64,000 nucleotides of DNA from Octopus bimaculoides. Its lineage: Eukaryota. Below are positions 53,692 to 64,000 of this stretch, one piece after another. The stretch covers positions 127,349,675 through 127,413,674 of the forward strand of contig NC_068985.1 in assembly GCF_001194135.2 (NCBI RefSeq). Direction: 5' to 3'. The position numbers were made by a program, and so were the translations under genes. Below the pieces are notes generated by a model, which was not told the origin of the DNA, ran no database searches, and saw nothing but the letters and a program-made list of their open reading frames with translations. Numbering within the stretch: the first letter of the stretch is position 1; every line of letters begins with the position of its first letter.

Positions 53692-55521
53692 GTGGGTTTT
53701 CTTTCTTTCTTTTTTTTCTCTTATTTTAATATTCGGAAAGGAAGAGGATGGTAGAATCGGTAGAGTGTCAGACAAATTATATTGCAATATTTTGCTATCA
53801 TCATCATCATCATTTAATGTCCGTTTTCCATGCTGGCATGGGTTGGATGGTTTTGACAGGAGCTGATCAGCTGAAGGGCTGTTTTGGCATGGTTTCTACA
53901 GCTGGATACCCTTCCTAATGTCAGCTTCTTTACTCTAAACTGGGTGCCTTTTATGTAGCACCAGCATTTACAAACCTGCAAGATTAGGGATGTCTTTTTT
54001 AATGTGAGTTCAAATCTTGCTGAAATAAACATTGACTTTGGACCATCCAGAATGGATAAAATAAGTCAATTATATTAATCAAATAATCTAATTGACTTTA
54101 TCTGGCAGGAAAAAGTTGCTTTATTCTACCTGTATGGCAATGATTCAGTGTGTCGGATAAATTGCCTGACAGTATTTAGATACATTCCGTTATGTTTTAA
54201 GTTCAAACCCATTGAAGTTGATTTTTATGCATTTTGTGACCTTTTACCAAAGTTAAATATGATTTTATATTTGTAGTGTATTCTTGTGTGATGTTAGACT
54301 TTTATTTAGAGGAAGACAGTTTAGATATTATAGTAACAAAACTTGTATCCCATCATTTCATGTACTTAGTGGAATATAGTGGCTGAAGTACCGATCCAGA
54401 GTGATGGATTGATAGAACTTCTAGAGGACTGGAGGGGAAGCCTTGCGTTATCTGTTCTGACTCTTTGTATTCTGACAGTAACTCCTGCAACAAACACTCT
54501 GCCAAGCTGTATTGGTCTGTCAATGGCCTTTCCTTTCAATGAACACCATAAACAATGGCATATTCAGAGGAGAGGCAACTGCTTTTCTTCCTCAAAAATT
54601 CTTGCCCAGGCCAACACACACATGCTGATGCATAGGCAGCACTGACCAAAGGAGGCTTTACATGATAACTTGACTACATCAACATTATAATGATAAAACC
54701 AGTGTTGAGTAATTCAGTGGCTATTTAGTAGAACTATTGCTTTGATAACTATACTGTCATTACTACTACCACTACAACTAAAACTTTCGTAACCTCAACC
54801 ATTCTGTGAAATGTATCTTACAAATTCTATCTAACAATGATAATAATAAGTAGTTGTAAAGTTTTACTGTCTAGTCCATTGTTTCATTATTTGAAGCTGG
54901 TATCATGTATCACTGACTTCTTGAATAGTTTCCAGAATGCTGTGATGGCAGTAGCTGTGAACTTCTATGTTAGGATGAAGAGCCCTTGCCACGTTCCATT
55001 TATTTTCTAGTGTCCCCCACTGTTCTTCTCCTTGTACTGTTGACCATAATGTTTAACGGGACATTGACATTACATTGTTAGTTTACCATAATTCATGTGG
55101 CTGGTTAGAAGCTGTTTATGTATTTAGGAGAGAGAGTGCATACAGTAATAGTTATGCCTCATAATACATTTGGTTCCTGGGACACCATCTTCAACTCTGG
55201 GCTCTTGTGATAAAACAAAGAAAGTTATACCAGCAGTCCTTTTAAATGATTCCGCAAGGTCCTAGTTGTGTACATTTACTACAGTCTACACCTTCCATAA
55301 TTCATCTTTTGTTATGTAAACTGTTCCATATAAGTTTGAGTATATTTGTTGTGAGGAAGCTATTTCACAGGCCCAGGGATTAAATATAACTTTGTGTCCT
55401 TTCCTCATTTGTTAGATAGTGTCACTTCTATAAAATGTAAACACACATACAGACATATAGGTTTATGAAGCATTGTAGCTAAAATAAATCTAAGTTTTAG
55501 ATTTTTACTCTTTTGAAACAG

Positions 55522-55596
55522 GAAGAAGCTGTCAAAAAACAGGAAGAGTTTCATAAATTGGAAATTGAAGACAAAGATGACAAGAGGAAGAAAGAA
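55522..55596 (+). CDS. CCAR1: CCAR1 short charged coding exon (EEAVKKQEEFHKLEIEDKDDKRKKE)
   Basis: ttttgaaacag acceptor, GTATGC donor at 55597. 75 nt, phase 0-0, open frame. E/K/D-rich like the equivalent CCAR1 linker, but with little specific similarity. Confidence 0.75.
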
Positions 55597-56019
55597 GTAT
55601 GCTTTTTTGTTTTGTTTTGCTTTGCTTTGTTCGTTTCTTTAGAAATTGTTTTTATATTTGGATACCTTTAAACTCAATTATAAAACTGCTGGTTGACCCA
55701 GGTGTCAACCCTGTTGCAACAGTCCAGTGATCAAAGGTGTTTTGATCATACTTATGTATCCTGTTTGATAATGGTTACATCAAGAGGAGTTTCCAACTAT
55801 AATTTCTGTTGCAAATTCTTCAAATGTTAATTGCTGTCAAATTAAGACAAATACTGTGTGGCTTTGAGAGAGAGAGAGAGAGAGAGTGCGTGTGTGCAGT
55901 GAAACAGTTTGTTCAAAGCAGAACCCACTACCTTGAAAGGTCTTTAGTTGATCAAATTGACCTCAGTACTTTTGTTTTTTAAATCAGGTACTTATTCTGT
56001 TGGTATATATTTTCCAAAG

Positions 56020-56270
56020 GAGGTGCAATGGCCCAGTGGTTAGGGCAGCGGACTTGCGGTCATAGGATCGCGGTTTCGATTCTCAGATCGGGCGTTGTGA
56101 GTGTTTATTGAGCGAAAACACCTAAAGCTCCACGAGGCTCCGGCAGGGGATGGTGGTGAACCCTGCTGTACTCTTTCACCACAACTTTCTCTCACTCTTT
56201 CTTCTTGTTGTGCCTGTATTTCAAAGGGCCAGCTTTGTCACACTGTGTCATGCTGAATATCCCCGAGAAC
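56020..56270 (+). mobile_element. tRNA-headed SINE family E. Related copies at about 17752-18075, 27578-27818, 59405-59640 and 63675-63860
   Basis: Head TGGCCCAGTGGTTAGGGCAGCGGAC...GGTTTCGATTC has pol III A/B boxes and is followed by a non-tRNA body shared among copies. Confidence 0.78.
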
Positions 56271-56894
56271 TATATTTGGCTTACAATTGAATTGGCAGAA
56301 TATTTATTTTATATTCTTTACTTCTCAGAATGACACTGCTTCACTTGTGTGATGGATTTTCTCATCAAAGACAACATAGGAGTGTTCAGCTTTTGCCAAA
56401 CGACCTGCACGAATGAGGTGTTTATGGTGATCAAATGTATGTGCTGTATATTAGCTCACTCTCTCCATCAAATTGACGTTGCGTGGACAGGTGCTCAGTG
56501 TACCATACATCAGGTGTTAAAGTGATCACAGAGCAATGTGAGATGAAATGTTTTACTCTCAAACACAACACACCACCTGGTCTCGGAATTGAAACCACAA
56601 TCTCACGATTGTAAATGCAACAGCCTAATCACTAGGCCATGCATCCTCACCTGTATATTTACATTTAATTTGATACTTTTGGCTCATATTTCAAATTGTT
56701 ATTGTTGTTATTACAAAGAGGATGATGAGCTGGCAGAATCATTAGCATGTCAGGCAAAATGCTTAGAAGCATTTTTTTCCAGCTCTTTAGATTCTGAGTT
56801 CAAATACCATTGAGTTTAACATTACTTTTCATCCAACCCTTGCTGGTGTTGCATAAAAGCATCCACTACACTCTGTAAAGTAGCTGGCATTTGG

Positions 56895-58800
56895 GCATAC
56901 AGGCTCATCCCCTGCAACCCTCTCCAGCTGAGCATCCTTAATTTCGTGGGCTCATAGCTACTGATACCACAAAAATTTTGCCAGAACATATTGATATTGT
57001 TTATCAAATGTTAAAACCTACTCTGCAATGAATGTAAAGCTTGACAACAAATATTTAAATCTGTGATAGTAAATAATAACTGATGCTTCGAAAGTGCCTT
57101 TTTATCGATATGTATTAACAGAGGAATTTATAAAAATTTCGCAGAGAGTCAAACCTATAACAGGACTATTATGGAGGGTGTGATTAACTAACTAATGGAC
57201 ACCACAGAAAATTTATAAGTAGATATATAGCTGAATCAATCTATTATATATATTTATTGTTAATAATTGGTAGAATTTACATAGTTGTACATAGACAGAT
57301 AGATGGATGGATGGACGGATAAAAGTCTGGTGCTGTGAGAACACATGGAAATGGCATTTCTTTACTTTTTCAAATATACCCAAATTTAAAATGATCTAAT
57401 ATAATGATACCATTCATCCAGCATGTGTTGAAATATGCCAAACAATTTAATTCCTCACAAATATATGTTACTTTACATATAACTTATGTGTTAATTCTAC
57501 TGAAACTTGTTAAAAAGCATATTTTGCTTCAAAGTAGTATCTCCTTGAAGACACAATTGTCAGTAATCATACTGCTTCCATTTCTCTCAGCCAATATTTT
57601 TACATTAGCCTTCTTTCAAACTCTAGATAATGCAACATACAGCTGACCATGTGAGAAGAATTGTGTTAGAAGATTTATTCAAAAGTCTGACCCTGTGCCT
57701 TGTTGCATGTCAAGACAAAAGCTGGCTTGAGAGGAAATTGTTTGTGTGTAAATGTGAATGGAAATTCCATTTCTTGGGATTAGCAGAGTTGATCCTGCAT
57801 AAGGACCAGAAGCAACCTCAGCCTCAATAACATGATCATGTAAACTGACAATGATGTAGTGTGTGCCATTGCAATGTCCATTGGAAGCATCTAAATTTCT
57901 CAGAAGCATTGTGCATCATTTTTTTCTCCAGTTTGAGAATATGTGGTGGAAATCCTGATGGTATAAGTTTGTTGACGAACTCGATTGGATACAGAGTTTC
58001 ATTATCAACTGTATCTGAGCTTCTGTATATTTTTAGCTCACCAGGGATCCTGGTCAGTAGAGAATCATTCACAAATTGTGCTGCTTCATTTGTTGGAGTA
58101 ACAATGGTTCTACTTGCAAACCACACAGGGTTTGTGAAGTTATTTTTGAAGTCAGCATATACAAAATCACATAGATCTGAAAGAGTACCACTTTCAAGGT
58201 GAAGGTCATTGCATAGTTTGATCTTGAATTCACCTAGGCTTTGTTCAACAGAAATGTTACCATTTCCTACATCAAGAAGGTAATTAGCAAACTCTCTTTC
58301 ATCAGAACGACCTTCTGTAAGAAGTCTTAGATTGGTTATCAACTCCACTACTTCCACATGATCGCAAAGAAAAGATCTCCTTGGTGTTACATCAACAATT
58401 TGTGATCCGACACCATTCTTTTGAAGTAGAATATTCTCCTCTCGAGATACCCTAAACCAGTCAGTCATGTGTAGCAGAAACAAAATCATGTCTACGTCTC
58501 CGTGCATATTCAGACATTTGTTTCAGTCACTTTACCCTGGTTTCACCTGATTCAGTTGCCCATCTTTCTGTCTGCCATTGTGCTTTTGCTGCTAAATTTT
58601 CTTTTACAGTTGTATAAGTGAAAGTTTGTTAAAAACTATCTTGTTTAGCATGCTAGAAATAGCAACGATCACATAGTTATTATTGTAAGGCTTATAGCAT
58701 TCCAAACAGCCATACCAACAAAATCACTTCATTCAAAAAAGAAATTACACCGGTATATTAAAGAGTTTTCATATTATCAAAAATATTCATTTAACAAACT
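56895..58800 (-). mobile_element. Internally deleted Helitron carrying the C-terminal half of the PIF1-type helicase
   Basis: ORFs 57836..58507 and 57679..57909 contain SQIVD, EFANYLLDVGNG, IVTPTNE, PSGFPPHILKL and MLLRNLDASNGHCNGT. Further downstream, QFPLKPAFVLTCNKAQGQT and FSHGQLYVALSRV appear with stops, ending near 57526. No Rep domain is visible. Ends are approximate. Confidence 0.88.
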
Positions 58801-59963
58801 CTGGAAACTGATAATCATCATCATCATCATCGTTTAACGTCCGCTTTCCATGTTGGCATGGGTTGGGCGGTTTGACTGAGGGCTGGCAAGCCAGAAGGCT
58901 GCACCAGGCTCCAATCTAGTCCAGCAAAGTTTCTGCAGCTGAATGCCCTTCCTAATGCCAACCACTCCGAGAGTGTAGTGGGTGCTTTTTACATGCCAAT
59001 TGTGCCTCGTATCAAAGTTTTATGGTTATTATTAAATTATTAATGAAAATAGAGGCATGCGAGATGAGAAACTGTTACAAATAAAAACGTAAAATGTTGC
59101 TTGCAACGAATTAATATTGTTTATTATTAAACATTAAAAATCTACTCTGCAGTGAATAGAATGAATATTTAAATTTATGAAGAATTGGATGCAATGAATG
59201 CTATGAATATTTATATTTGCGAGAATTTGGAGTTAAAAAATTCAATAAACTTCAGAAATCGAAGTTGGAGGAAATTTCTAAGAACATGAATTTCTAAAAA
59301 TATTTTCAGTCAAGCTTTTAATATTGCATTCTTTTAGTGCTTTTAGTAATCGTTACATGCCTAATTAATGAGCAACTTTCTCCATTACAGTATAGATCAT
59401 GTGAGGGCACATTGCCTAGTAGTTAGGATGTTGCGCTAACGATCATGAGTTCGTGGTTTCAATTCCTAGACCGGGTGGTGCGTAGTATTCTTGAGCAAAA
59501 CACTTCCTCTCACATTGCTCTGCAATCACTTTGACACCTGACACGTACACCATGCACCTGTTCAGATAATGCTAATTTGAAGGAGAGAGTGAGCTAATGT
59601 GTGGCACAAACCTCTGATCACAAATTATTTATACAGGTGGTTCAGCAGAAGTTGAATGCTCACACATTGTCTTTGATGGGAGAGTCCATCATTATTGTTA
59701 TTATTATTGTTATTATTATTATTATTATTATTGTTATTATTGTTATTATTATGAAAGGGCAGCCAGCTGGCAGGATCGTTAGCTCCCCAGGCAAAATACT
59801 TAGTGGAAATTTGTCTGTCTTTACGTTCTGAGTTCAACTTAGCCTCTCATCCTTTTGAGGTCAATAAAATAAGTGCCTGTTGAGCACTGGGGCCAATATA
59901 ATTAACTTACCTCTCCCCAAAAATTATTGGCCTTGTGCCAAAATTTGAAACCATTATTATTAT

Positions 59964-60548
59964 GAAAAAAGTTTTTCATGATATTTGCTGTAGTTGTACA
60001 TTATCCACTAGGTGCCATCTTGACACCTGAAATAGATAACGAATATGATGTTCCTAATACATTTGATGATTGTATGATGTTGAGAAGTGTTTTGAGGATA
60101 ATTTCTGTTTGTTACAATCACCTGCCAAGACACACCCAGCATCCTAGGGCGAGTGAAGGATAAGAGATGTTAGAGTATGACTGAAAGTTTGGGATGGGGA
60201 AGTGGCAAGAACAGTAGCGAATTATCTCCATCCAATACAACACAGACATTTAAATTGATAGGATTTTTGTAAGGATGTGGGCAGTACTTGTCAGCACAAT
60301 CTTTTGGATTTCTCTGAGACATGGTTCTCCTGGGATGTTATCTAGATGTTTCTGTCATCCTTTTCTTATCATACCTAGGACACCTACAATAACAGGAACA
60401 GTTCTTGCTTTAAGATGCCACATCTTTTGTATTTCAATTTCCAGGTCCTTATATTTACTTAATTTGTCAAATTCTTTTACAGGTATATTTTTATCAGTGG
60501 GAACACTTACATCTATTAGTCTACAAGTATTTTCTTCCCTGTCTTTTA
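59964..60548 (-). mobile_element. 5'-truncated R4/Dong-like non-LTR retrotransposon (RLE domain end plus 3' UTR) inserted in (TAA)n
   Basis: Minus strand reads IKDREENTCRLIDVSVPTDKNIPVKEFDKLSKYKDLEIEIQKMW...PVIVGVLG*QKHLDNIPGEPCLREIQKIVL...ILSI* (final stop 60250-52). A 3' UTR of about 285 nt follows. (AAT)n is present on both flanks. Confidence 0.82.
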
Positions 60549-60554
60549 TTATTG

Positions 60555-60594
<40 letters not shown>

Positions 60595-60600
60595 CATTAT

Positions 60601-60823
60601 TGAGGTAGCAAGCTGGTAGAATCATTAGCACGTCAGGCAAAATGCTTAGCGGTATTTTGTCCATCTTTACATTCTGACTTCAAATGCCACCGAGGTTGAC
60701 TTTGCTTTTCATCCGTTGGGGTCGATAAATTAAGTACCAGTTGTGTACAGGGGTCAAGCTAATCGACTAGCCCCGTACCCCCAAATTTCAGGCCTTGTGC
60801 TTTTAGTAGAAAGGATTATTATT
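60601..60823 (+). mobile_element. SINE family C with (ATT)n tail. Other copies at about 14005-14220, 23530-23710, 24300-24520, 28270-28690, 29710-29910, 40370-40570, 41880-42100(-), 43425-43590, 59755-59963 and 61240-61460
   Basis: Shared GGCAGAATC(G/A)TTAGC...CTGAGTTCAAATT...GACTTTGCCTTTCATCC...GGCCTTGTGCC. Confidence 0.8.
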
Positions 60824-61176
60824 ATTACCCCCGCCTTAGCAAAGGAGGGGGTATTGTTTTAAGTTGTGTTTGTCTGTCTGTGGACAAGATATCTCAAGAG
60901 CCGCTGGATGAATTTGGATAAAACTTTCAGGGATGTTTGGCCTCGTGACTAGCATGAACTGATTAGATTTGGGGATTGATCCGGTACTGGACAAGGATTC
61001 TGCATTATTTTCCCTGCTCTTTTACTTAAGTTTTGAGAGCGGTCAGGTTCATTTTTAGTATTCTCATTTGTGAGAGCAATCGAGTTTATTTCAGATGTTC
61101 TCATTTTAAAGATCATCTCCAGCTAAACGTTGAGAGGGCATTGGTGTTGCCTTGGCAGAGGTTTGTGCTGAGTGCT

Positions 61177-61179
<3 letters not shown>
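60824..61179 (+). mobile_element. HINE/DINE-1-like non-autonomous Helentron (Helitron2-type) element
   Basis: 5' TTACCCCCGCC with a 12-bp hairpin (60826-37 / 60842-53, one mismatch), then GTCTGTCTGT, and a 3' CCTTGGCAGAGG...GAGTGCTTT end. Sits between TT/ATT repeats. The architecture matches recalled HINE elements. Confidence 0.65.
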
Positions 61180-61236
<57 letters not shown>

Positions 61237-61499
61237 CATTATTAGCAAGCTGCTAGAAACTTTAACACTCTGGTCAAATTGCTTAGTCGCATTTTATCTG
61301 TCTTTATGTTCTGATTTCAAATTCCACTGAGGTCAACTTTGCCTTTCATCTTTTTGTGGTCAATAAAATAAGTATCAGTTGAGCACTGGGGTTGATGAAA
61401 TCAACTAACCCCCTCCCCCAAAATCTCAGGCCTTGTGCCTTTAGTAGAAAGGATTGTTATTGTTGTTAGTGTTAATATTAGTGTTATTATCTTTCTCAG

Positions 61500-61691
61500 G
61501 AAGAGGAGAAAAGGCGACGAGAAGAAAAAGAGCAAGCCATGATGGAACGCAAGTACAATTTGCCTGATAAACCCTCCATTATAGTCCACCCGTCAACAAC
61601 TGCAAAGGGCGGCAAGTTTGACTGCACTGTCATGTCGCTTAGTGTCCTGTTGGATTATCGCCAAGAGGATAATAAAGAACATTCCTTCGAG
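61500..61691 (+). CDS. CCAR1: CCAR1 coding exon (EEEKRRREEK...IIVHPSTTAKGGKFDCTVMSLSVLLDYRQEDNKEHSFE)
   Basis: ctttctcag acceptor, GTAAGC donor at 61692. 192 nt, phase 0-0. Matches IIVHPNWAAKSGKFDCSIMSLSVLLDYRLEDNKEHSFE. Confidence 0.96.
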
Positions 61692-63258
61692 GTAAGCAAA
61701 TCCTTCTTTCAGTCCTGTTCCTCTTTGCCATAAATTATTTCATGGTGCTGTATAGCCCCAGGTCACTCCTGAATAAGTACACCTTTGATTGTGAGCATTC
61801 CCACTTTAACCATCTAATATGACATTATATCTATGTAGTCCTAGATTCTTTAAGATGGTTAGCTTGTATTTAAATTGACCATATCTGGCCCAAAATGGTC
61901 TACCAACTCCAGCCTCTCACACCTACCCTACTATGTCATTCTAAAAATAAATAGTCACATCATCGAAATCTTGAAGCTATAAGAAAATACATAATAAATT
62001 TAAAACGATGTAATTAAATAATCATTACATTTGATAGAGTAATCTGAATGTAAAAGAGTTTAGGATAGATTTGGCTGGTGTCTCTAATACATTAAGTGAT
62101 CTAAGATCACCCACTTTTTTCCCTTGCAGTGTAAAATTAATAACTTTATACTCTTGCTTTGTTGTTTTTGTTGTTGGTTTTTCTGCTTTCTGGATGTCAA
62201 TATTAAGTGGTCAATTGTTAGGGCCAAGGAATAGAGAGAAGGTAAAGAACATGCAGATCTGAACTTTCTACCATATGCCTATATATGGGCATAAAACTGG
62301 TTATAGTATAAAGGAAGTTAAGTAGCTTGCTTGCCAACAACATGGTTCTGGGTTCAGTCCCACTGTGTGGCACCTTGAGCAAGTGTCTTCTACTATAGCC
62401 TCAGGCCAACCAAAGCCTTGTGAGTGGATTTGGTTGACGGAAACTGAAAGAAGCCCGGCATGTGTGTGTGTGTCTGTGTTTGTCTCCCTACCAAAAGACA
62501 CCAATAGAATAAGTACTAGGCTTCCAAAGAATAAGTCCTAGGGTCTATTTGCTCAACTAAAGGCGGTGCTCCAGCATGGTCGCAGCCAAATGGCTGAAAC
62601 AAGTATAAAAGAATAACTGAAGTATTAATGCATAAAGCGAAGGCAACAAGAACACTTAGTTTATGAATATGGATTAAAACAAGTTAGACTGAAACCAAAG
62701 TAAAACTGGATTAAAATTGGTTGAATACAATTGAAAGAACTTGATAATGGTGACTGGAAAGCTCTAATGATGCTATCTCATCCAAACCATGTCAAATGTA
62801 AAAATATAGATGTAAAATCTATCTTAGTGATGGAGTTTTGTTAGTGATTTATATAATTTACTTCAACATCTCAAGCAGTTTTGTTCAGCCCAAGCAAACA
62901 TGGTAAAATGAATGATGATCTTTTTTTCAATATTGAGATGAGACCAAGGCACATAAAAACATACTGCTTTACTAATCTGTCAGTTATGCTAGTAGGAAAG
63001 ATGATTGTTCTTGTTTAACCTCTGCTAAGTCATGTCAAGCAAATGTATAATCAAAGGTATTCCAACCATGACTATCAATTCCTTTTTTTCTTCTTTTTTT
63101 TTTATTTCTACACTGCAACTAAGAACACATTATTCAGTATGTCCTTCATTTTTAAGACAGTTTGGTGTAGTTTGAGGGATATTTGGTTGCTATTTCTAGC
63201 AAACTGATTGACCATGTAGATGCACTGTCATTGATATGCACAAATAGAGATTGAATTA

Positions 63259-63294
<36 letters not shown>

Positions 63295-63345
63295 CCATTT
63301 GTAACTACTTTTGTGTTGTGAAATTCTGATTTTTGACTCTCTCAG

Positions 63346-63489
63346 GTTTCTTTGTTTGCTGAGTTGTTCAATGAAATGTTGATGCGGGATTTTGGCTTCA
63401 AGATCTACAAGGCTCTTGTTCTCGCGCCAGAAAAGAAGGATGAGGAGAAGCTTAAAAAGAAATCTGATGATAAATCTATAAAAGAAAAG
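63346..63489 (+). CDS. CCAR1: CCAR1 coding exon (VSLFAELFNEMLMRDFGFKIYKALV...SIKEK); gene continues beyond the window
   Basis: ctctctcag acceptor, GTGAGA donor at 63490. 144 nt, phase 0-0. Matches VSLFAELFNEMLQRDFG. No stop codon is reached. Confidence 0.96.
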
Positions 63490-64000
63490 GTGAGACACCC
63501 GCACATTTTTCTATGTTTGTAAACCATTCAATTAGAAACTCAAAAGCCACCTACTGTAAACTACTCACACTAGCTTGTACAAGAAAGAAGTTTAAATTGA
63601 CTAACATTAAAATAACCTTTTAATAGCTTTTATTACATGTAAAGAATGTTAACATCTACTATTTTATATGTGAAGGTGCATGGCTCAGTGGTTAGAATGT
63701 CAGGCTCACGATCATGTGGTAGTGAGGTCAATTCCCAGACCAGGCTGTGTGTTGTGTTCTCAAGCAAGACACTTTTTTTCACATTGTTTCAGTTCACTCA
63801 GCTGTAGAAATGAGTTGCGACATCACTGGTGCCAATCTGTATCAGCCTTTGCCTTTCCTTTTCAAAAGTGGGTTGTTTACATTGTGTTTGAGCAGAGAAT
63901 TGCAAATGAAAATATAGTCCATTAAATTTTTTTCTATTAACTATGAGGCACTGAAACATCATAGCAATTCATGTATCCAAATGTTTTTAAATACCTTATA

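Noticed and set aside
54379-54645. 88-aa ORF in a CCAR1 intron
   Set aside because: No splice signals in compatible phase and no recognisable homology. Probably decayed repeat.
10439-59000. CpG-rich repeats upstream versus CpG-decayed repeats in introns as a gene-body methylation boundary
   Set aside because: CpG-rich copies also occur inside introns (piggyBac, 56020, 58813), so element age explains the pattern equally well.
16415-63345. Intronic C/D snoRNA (human CCAR1 hosts SNORD98, as recalled)
   Set aside because: A by-eye scan found no C box/D box pair with a terminal stem and an rRNA-complementary guide such as TCCTATTCCATT. Absence is not proven: an Infernal/Rfam or snoscan search would be decisive, and the gaps could hide one.
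1-64000. CRISPR arrays, operons, rRNA, prokaryote-type systems
   Set aside because: No regularly spaced repeat-spacer arrays or rRNA-like sequence. The recurring motifs are dispersed SINEs and MITEs in a eukaryotic intron-rich gene.

Overview
Repeat-rich animal genomic DNA with 8 N-gaps and abundant (AT)n/(CA)n/(CT)n/(CAT)n/(AAT)n microsatellites. The repeat repertoire looks cephalopod, most likely octopus (inference from recall, not checked). One spliced protein-coding gene is supportable: a CCAR1 (cell division cycle and apoptosis regulator 1, CCAR1/DBC1 family) orthologue on the + strand. I traced 14 coding exons by hand, from ATG 16351 to 63489. All visible junctions are GT-AG and the phases agree from exon to exon, except across the N-gap at 44878-45274, which truncates one exon. 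The gene runs off the right edge of the window. The rest is a dense layer of transposon relics: Tc1 (6.8-8.1 kb), piggyBac (26.2-27.2 kb), mariner (33.7-34.9 kb), CR1/Jockey-type and RTE LINE fragments, a Helitron helicase fragment, an R4/Dong-like RLE retroelement inserted in (TAA)n, a Helentron-type HINE, TTAA MITEs and several SINE families. I found no supportable previously undescribed biological system. The most interesting signals are an (ATT)n-nucleated stack of unrelated elements just upstream of an exon, autonomous/non-autonomous element partnerships visible within the window, and inverted-repeat dsRNA candidates for ADAR editing. Most ORFs in the supplied track are artefacts of microsatellites, SINEs or N-runs. 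Repeat boundaries are approximate.
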